A stretch of 64,000 bases of DNA from Candidatus Aenigmatarchaeota archaeon (lineage in GTDB: Archaea > Aenigmatarchaeota > Aenigmatarchaeia > CG10238-14 > SCSR01), in the NCBI GenBank assembly GCA_038999725.1, contig JAWBWS010000001.1, positions 193,713-257,712 on the forward strand, in the 5' to 3' direction. Each line of letters starts with the position of its first letter. Within the stretch, counting starts at the first letter, position 1. A program made the position numbers and the translations under genes. Shown here piece after piece: positions 58,387 through 64,000 of the stretch. Under the pieces are notes generated by a model. That model worked only from the letters and a program-made list of their open reading frames with translations, searched no databases and was not told the origin of the DNA.

Positions 58387-61080
58387 ATGAAAGAAGACTT
58401 TTTCCACGAGCTGGAAATAGCGAATTTGAAAGCTGGAATTTTAGGTATGTTTAATGAAGAGAAATTGGAAGAAGCACGTGTAAAACATTTCAGTAAACTT
58501 GGGAGGTTAGAAGAATATCGTGAATATAAGAAAGAATGTGAAAATACTGCCATCTTCAAATTGAATGAATTGATGAAGAAGCGTTATGATGATTTAAGGA
58601 GTTGTGGTATTGGTTTGAGTAATGATGGCATGTTTCTTTTGTTTAATGGGGAGCCAGTTGCTGTTATCGCTAAGGATATAATCCCCTTAAAAGGAAAAAA
58701 ACAAGAGGTAGAAGAAGCTTTGGATAAGCTTGTAGAACTTACTTATCCTGAAGATGACTTCTTTGCTAACGTTTACACGAAGTTTCATGAAATAGAAGAG
58801 TTTGATCTTGAAGAAGAAATGAGGAGAAAGAGAATCGAAGATCAACTCATGAAAGAAGAAGTTAAATGGCTGATACTTGAGGCACTTGCTAACTCAAAAG
58901 AAGTAAGCTACAAAAAATTAGGAATCATACCTTCTAGAAAAATAGAAGCTCCAGAACAATTGCTCAATTTCTTAGGAAATTACAGTTCGAATATTGTTAA
59001 TTCTGCTATTGAAGAGTTGGAAGAAGAATTGGGTAGAAGGAGTTTGAATTCAAGGCTTAACTTGTTGAAAAAGAAGTTGAATAAGAAGAATAAAATCGCG
59101 ATTGGTTTACTAACTTTGGCTTCTCTTAGTCTCGGCCTTTATGTTGGAGGACAGCAAATTGTCCAGTTTATTCAACAACTCATGCCAATACCTGAAGAAA
59201 AAAAAGAGCCTTACAAAGAGGTTGGTGGAACTGATAGCGAAATTAAAACATTCTTGATCAAGTATCCCTGGGCCAGTAATATTAATCAAACCACCATAGA
59301 TTTCTTTTTATGGTGGAAAAATGCCACTGAACTTGCTGAGAAAACTTTCAGTATTATGAAGGATGTTAAAAAAAGTGTAGGATATTTAAATTTGTATAAT
59401 GACCAAAGGCTATTGTTGGAAGCGCTGAACAATTTTGGCGAAAAAGCCACGGAATTTGTTAGTTTTGTTAAGGAGAATAATTGTGAAAATGCCATCGAAT
59501 TCTTAACAGAGTTCCCCCAATTCAAAAACAACTACGAAGAAGTACTGCCAGTTTACTCTAAAATTCCAAATGTTGTTAAAAATTGCTGGAATCAGATTAA
59601 AGGGGATAAAACACAACCATTCAACCCAAATTTCATGTTCTTAGAGCTCATGAGATTGTATAAGTACTTGAATGTAACAGACGATTTGCCATTAAAACCA
59701 ATACAAATTTTGAACAATGCAACAATAGGTGGGATAGAACTTGGTTTGCCAAAGATGAGTGTTAAGGCAGCACAAAGTTTGGTTGATGCTGTTGTTAAAA
59801 ATGAAGATATTGTTAATTTACATGTCAATATAGAAGAAGATAGGCTTAAAGACATGCTTTCAATTTATCCGTTTTGTTATGTTGTTAAAGAATCCATGAA
59901 CAATACAAAATTTATCTATTATTTCTTGGCACAACTTTTGTCTTCAAATTATGAAAGTGTTATGAAGTATCCCTTGGCGGCTAGAGAGTTTGCAAAACAA
60001 GTGGATCAAATACTTTTCATAGGTTGGAAAACCTGGCCGCGATTAATCATAAATTACACTTGGAAAGATGTACGAAATAACTGGGACAGGATATTCTATA
60101 GTTTAGACAAATTGTGGAAAACTCAAGTAGAAATATATGAAAAGGGTGAAGGCTTCATGCCTCTCGATGAAAAACTAGCGAGAATGTTGTTCAATGATAC
60201 AGATGTTTTAGAAATGATATACAGGGAGACTTTACTACCTAGAGATTTAATTAACAACAAGATTGTTCATACACAAACTATAAAAGGGAGTATTGAGCTG
60301 AGCAATGTTGCTTCTATAGAGACACTTATATCAAACATAGAGAAATTTAAAGATTATCACGACCTTTACTTTAAAGTGCTCACATACAGAGCTAATGATA
60401 CTGAAGACTTGATATTTTTTGCAAGATATATACTTGGAATAACTTCATTTGAAGAAACATTTGCTAAACAGTGGGCAAAGTTGTTAAAGACCCCAGATCC
60501 AATAAAGATTTTTTTAATTTCTTTTAACAGGGAATTGTCATTACGCAGAATCTTTTTCCCCACAACAGTTTCGGATACGATTAAATACAGAAAGCTTATG
60601 ATTGAAAATGGGACGGAAGTGCCTTGGGTGAATATATATATAAGAGGCAATGAAACTTTATCTCCAACAGAAATGAACGCAGGGGAAAGCCCTGAAGGTA
60701 TAGCCCCAATTCAATTTAGAGACGGAAGAGTAAGATGGGAGCAAATTGCATATGTTATTCAAGGACTAGCCATGTATATTTATCCAGAAAAGCCAGAGAT
60801 TTCACGCATGATAGGATGCACATTGCTTTATCCTTTACCAGTAGTAGTGGCTAGTGATAATACTAGATCTGATTGGACATCAGGAATTCATATAACAGAT
60901 TCAACCTACAAGCTTCTTTCTGAAAATGTAGGACCACCACTCCTGCTTCCATTCAAGACAACAACCACTTGGACGGTAAGCCAAGAAAATAATCCATTCA
61001 AATCTGTAGTTTATATTATCCCAGGATCTACAGGTTATTTAGAGGTAAAATTCTATGTTCCAGATATTCCAAAGATATAA
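58387..61080 (+). CDS. Large orphan single-TM protein (897 aa)
   Basis: Charged N-terminal domain, TM IAIGLLTLASLSLGLYVGG, long C-terminal region with several N-x-S/T sequons. Confidence 0.8.
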   Translation: MKEDFFHELEIANLKAGILGMFNEEKLEEARVKHFSKLGRLEEYREYKKECENTAIFKLNELMKKRYDDLRSCGIGLSNDGMFLLFNGEPVAVIAKDIIPLKGKKQEVEEALDKLVELTYPEDDFFANVYTKFHEIEEFDLEEEMRRKRIEDQLMKEEVKWLILEALANSKEVSYKKLGIIPSRKIEAPEQLLNFLGNYSSNIVNSAIEELEEELGRRSLNSRLNLLKKKLNKKNKIAIGLLTLASLSLGLYVGGQQIVQFIQQLMPIPEEKKEPYKEVGGTDSEIKTFLIKYPWASNINQTTIDFFLWWKNATELAEKTFSIMKDVKKSVGYLNLYNDQRLLLEALNNFGEKATEFVSFVKENNCENAIEFLTEFPQFKNNYEEVLPVYSKIPNVVKNCWNQIKGDKTQPFNPNFMFLELMRLYKYLNVTDDLPLKPIQILNNATIGGIELGLPKMSVKAAQSLVDAVVKNEDIVNLHVNIEEDRLKDMLSIYPFCYVVKESMNNTKFIYYFLAQLLSSNYESVMKYPLAAREFAKQVDQILFIGWKTWPRLIINYTWKDVRNNWDRIFYSLDKLWKTQVEIYEKGEGFMPLDEKLARMLFNDTDVLEMIYRETLLPRDLINNKIVHTQTIKGSIELSNVASIETLISNIEKFKDYHDLYFKVLTYRANDTEDLIFFARYILGITSFEETFAKQWAKLLKTPDPIKIFLISFNRELSLRRIFFPTTVSDTIKYRKLMIENGTEVPWVNIYIRGNETLSPTEMNAGESPEGIAPIQFRDGRVRWEQIAYVIQGLAMYIYPEKPEISRMIGCTLLYPLPVVVASDNTRSDWTSGIHITDSTYKLLSENVGPPLLLPFKTTTTWTVSQENNPFKSVVYIIPGSTGYLEVKFYVPDIPKI

Positions 61081-61131
61081 TCTATTTGAATTTCAAAATA
61101 GCTTTCACAAGTTCAGAACTAGAAGCACCAA
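61079..61131. repeat. Imperfect direct repeat, right copy
   Basis: AATCTATTTGAATTTCAAAATAGCTTTCACAAGtTCAGAACTAgAAGCACCAA. Confidence 0.85.
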
Positions 61132-61456
61132 AAGCACCAAGCCTCAACTCATAAACTTTTTTTGAAATCGAAATCTTCCCAAGCAAAATTACCATAGATT
61201 TGAAATCATAGGATTTTTTCAAGCTTGTTAAAAGTTTCTTGCTCCATTTTTTGTCACATAAATAGATGTTCAATTGCTTTACCTTGTCTTTTTTATCAAT
61301 TACAACATCAAATTTTTCACCTTCAAGTAAAAAATTTTCTTTTTTCACCAAAAGTTCAATTTTCTTTCTCGTTAAGCCTAAGATTTCAAGACCTTTCTCT
61401 AGACCTTCTCTTTGGACAGAGTTTACTATTCTTCCAAAAGCTTTTGCAATCTCCAT
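61082..61456 (-). CDS. Hypothetical protein
   Basis: 124-aa ORF with host-like composition. Confidence 0.65.
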   Translation of the reverse strand: MEIAKAFGRIVNSVQREGLEKGLEILGLTRKKIELLVKKENFLLEGEKFDVVIDKKDKVKQLNIYLCDKKWSKKLLTSLKKSYDFKSMVILLGKISISKKVYELRLGAFGASSSELVKAILKFK

Positions 61457-61569
61457 ATCATCTTTTTTGGTTTAGAAAGAAAAAAATATTTAACAGAATA
61501 ATTGATATCTAGAAAATTTTTTACTGTGTCTGATTCCAATCTTTTAGAGAGGAAGAGAAAATTTTTAAG

Positions 61570-61654
61570 TGGGTCTGGGCGGAATTGAACCGCCTCCTCG
61601 GCCTTGTTTACCCTTTAGTTAAGGGCCGCGTCCTAACCGTTAGACCACAGACCC
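61570..61654 (-). tRNA. tRNA-Val(TAC) with a 13-nt intron inside the anticodon (61608-61620, 34/35)
   Basis: GGGTCTG/CAGACCC acceptor; GCCC TT|A ACTAAA GGGT AA|A BHB-type motif; spliced loop CT-TAC-AA. Confidence 0.87.
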
Positions 61655-62515
61655 TTTATCTTGATTTCTTAATCTGAAAATAAAAATTGCTGCTATTGGA
61701 ATTAAAAGCAAAATTTGGAATAAATCAAACTCATGCATGGTTTTTAATTCTGCTCGAAGTAGAAAACACTTATAGATGGAATGGCTTGAATTTATAGAAG
61801 AGGTTAGATTGGCACAAGCATGTAAGTTCGAGCTTGCATCTAGTATGATGATTTTAATATAAACTTGCTTCACTCCAGCTCCTGTTTGGTTCCAGGTTTG
61901 TGGGTCAAAGGCATCTCCATGCAACTCAACCAAAAAAGATCTTGTGTCTGGATTAATTCTTGCCAAGGTTTCACCTTCCATTATCCAAGCTGTCAAATTG
62001 TAAGTATCTCTGAAGAGACCTGAATTCTTTATGTTAATAGGCAGGTTAAATTCATCTCCAACTAAGGTAGAATAGTTCGAAGACCAGAAGGAAAAGTTAA
62101 TGGGAGTAAAGCTTTTGTTTACATAACCATAAACATTGACTCCTGGGGCATAAATTTTACACTTAATTTCATTTGGTTCTATAAGGGAAGAATATTGGGG
62201 GTATAGAATTGAGCAAACACCCTTTCCTGGATAAAATCGAACTGAGCAGTTTTGTGTTGCCGTGAATTCGTCACCATTTAGATAACAATCCATTCCAATT
62301 TCCTGGTAAGAAAAGTCTGAATAATAGGCTTGAACATAGGCAGCTATATAACTAATATTCCCAGAAAGGTAAATGCCCTCACCTTTCAAAAGAATTGATC
62401 GAATTTCAAATTCAGTTTCACCCGGTTGAAGCTGTGTTTCTTGAGCTTTTGTATTATGGAATGAAGAAAAGAGAATTAGTGGCAAGATTAAAAAGAAAAT
62501 AGATTTTTCTTTCAT
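61640..62515 (-). CDS. Secreted, C-terminally anchored surface protein
   Basis: Signal peptide, N-glycosylation sequons, Ig-like NSGLFRDTYNL motif, C-terminal HEF + TM + basic tail (PEF/PGF-CTERM-like). Confidence 0.75.
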   Translation of the reverse strand: MKEKSIFFLILPLILFSSFHNTKAQETQLQPGETEFEIRSILLKGEGIYLSGNISYIAAYVQAYYSDFSYQEIGMDCYLNGDEFTATQNCSVRFYPGKGVCSILYPQYSSLIEPNEIKCKIYAPGVNVYGYVNKSFTPINFSFWSSNYSTLVGDEFNLPINIKNSGLFRDTYNLTAWIMEGETLARINPDTRSFLVELHGDAFDPQTWNQTGAGVKQVYIKIIILDASSNLHACANLTSSINSSHSIYKCFLLRAELKTMHEFDLFQILLLIPIAAIFIFRLRNQDKGSVV

Positions 62516-62706
62516 AATCTTAATTTGTTGTTTTTAATAGAAATTCTTTAAAGTTGATAAAAGGATGAGTTAACCTCTCTATCTACTCTTTTATGATATG
62601 GTAAGCAATCGAGAATATTCTTAACAATCATTCCCTTAGTAAACTTCCTAAAGTTGGTCAATTCTAAAAGTTGTATAAGACCAGGTTTGAAGTTACAAGC
62701 ATTTAT

Positions 62707-63543
62707 TCATTTGAGCAAGAAAAATCCAGTTAAACGGAAGAAGAATCTTTTCACCATTATAACAAAACTGTATAAACCATCACCGATTATAATTTCAGCT
62801 TCCCCTGCCCTCAGTGTAATGGGTATGGAGTACATTACGGGCAAAGCCTTCAGCTTGTGTTTTCCTGCTGACAAATTTGGAGGGATGATGCATTCGGCTT
62901 GTATATAGCCAGATCCTGTTACAATTTTTATGGCAACGCTTTTCCCTTCATAAGTTTTGCTACACATTCCACCAGTGCAACTCCACTCAGTACTACCATA
63001 GTTCATATCATTTTTCCACCTCTTCCCGTTTATTGGACAATAGGATGGGTCCCAATTTTGGTTATCTATCTCCAAGCTAACCTTTGCGTCTTTACTTGCG
63101 TCAAATCTAGAATCGTTAAAATAAACTGTGACTTTGACAAGTTGGCCTGGATAGGATACAACTGGTTCTATAATCACAACAGTATTACAATCAGAAGGAC
63201 AATTGTTTTGGTCCTCTCCAGACTCACAGATTCTATTATTGTTGCAAGATGGTGTTGTAGTAGTTGTTGTAGTAGTTGTTGGTTCAGTAGTAGTTGTTGT
63301 AGTAGGTGTTGTTGTAGTAGTTGTTGGTTCAGTAGTAGAAGTACAATCACATACTGATGTACTCCATCCATCATCACAACAGTAGAAAATACCGAAGCTG
63401 AAAGAAATTTGTGAACAGGAAGGAGAATAGTTACAACCAGAAGAACAACAACTTTTCCATGTATCACCAGAACCGGCAAAAGAAATTCTTGGTAAAATTA
63501 GCAAAAATGAAAGAAGAAAAATGAAGACTAGGCCTTTTCTCAT
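62707..63543 (-). CDS. Secreted Cys-rich protein with Thr-rich linker
   Basis: Signal peptide; repeated TTEPTTTTTT; CNNNRICESGEDQNNCPSDC motif. Confidence 0.8.
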   Translation of the reverse strand: MRKGLVFIFLLSFLLILPRISFAGSGDTWKSCCSSGCNYSPSCSQISFSFGIFYCCDDGWSTSVCDCTSTTEPTTTTTTPTTTTTTEPTTTTTTTTTPSCNNNRICESGEDQNNCPSDCNTVVIIEPVVSYPGQLVKVTVYFNDSRFDASKDAKVSLEIDNQNWDPSYCPINGKRWKNDMNYGSTEWSCTGGMCSKTYEGKSVAIKIVTGSGYIQAECIIPPNLSAGKHKLKALPVMYSIPITLRAGEAEIIIGDGLYSFVIMVKRFFFRLTGFFLLK

Positions 63544-63608
63544 AATATTAACTCTTGTTTTTCAGGATATAAATTTATTTATATAATACTAAAATTCATC
63601 AGGATACG

Positions 63609-64000
63609 ATGAAAAAGTTAATAATAATATTTTCTGTTTTTGTTATAGTTGCCACAGTTTTTTTATTTGTTGGTTTTCTTCCTAAAAATAATCTAACATA
63701 TAATGCCACTCTTCAGGTTATATACATGAATAAAACATGTAGCGCAAAGCCCATGATATACCTTAAATATAGATTGAATCTGGAGAGAAATGGTGAGCCA
63801 ATAAAAAATGCAAAAGTTACTGAAAGGGTTTACAATTATGAAAATGTTGCTGAAGGATATTCAGACACAGAATTTCATTTCGATGAAAAGGAAAAAATAT
63901 GGAAAAATGATGTGATCTATTGTTTGAAACAAGGTAGATATTATTCGAAAATAATGATAAATGTTTTAGAAAAAGAAGCAATAAAAAAGGAGATAATAAG
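63609..64000 (+). CDS. Secreted/membrane-anchored hypothetical protein, runs off the window end
   Basis: MKKLIIIFSVFVIVATVFLFVGFLPK..., open to 64000. Confidence 0.65.
   Translation, partial: MKKLIIIFSVFVIVATVFLFVGFLPKNNLTYNATLQVIYMNKTCSAKPMIYLKYRLNLERNGEPIKNAKVTERVYNYENVAEGYSDTEFHFDEKEKIWKNDVIYCLKQGRYYSKIMINVLEKEAIKKEII

Noticed and set aside
96..63479. Many short antisense ORFs in the six-frame track
   Set aside because: They are shadows of well-supported genes on the opposite strand (Ser/Phe/Ile-rich, no motifs).

Overview
AT-rich, gene-dense archaeal chromosome segment. Compact intergenic spaces, a stand-alone 5S rRNA and a divergent EF-2 P-loop suggest a DPANN archaeon, possibly Aenigmatarchaeota (inference). 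It carries core translation and transcription operons (L10-L1-L11-Spt5-SecE-FtsZ; S13-S4-S11-RpoD; RpoH-B''-B'/A'-A''-L30e-NusA-S12-S7-EF2-EF1a-S10), PolB, DNA ligase, GluRS, ThrRS, the CCA enzyme, RNase Z, pyrG, carB-pyrB-pyrI, 5S rRNA and 7 tRNAs. Main finding: the essential EF-2 gene is broken by two tiny (13 and 20 nt) introns that fold into bulge-helix-bulge (BHB) motifs, and removing them restores a 730-aa EF-2. Six of the 7 tRNAs carry 12 similar micro-introns, most at non-canonical positions, which suggests tRNA-type splicing has spread into mRNA. Other points: an in-frame RpoB'-RpoA' fusion; an xerA/dif locus beside a motif-dense AT-rich region and a wHTH gene with internal 12-bp repeats; a 2.7-kb orphan gene flanked by ~55-bp direct repeats; lysine-rich micro-ORFs; and a possible carB leader. 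All calls come from manual reading; no searches or folding programs were run.
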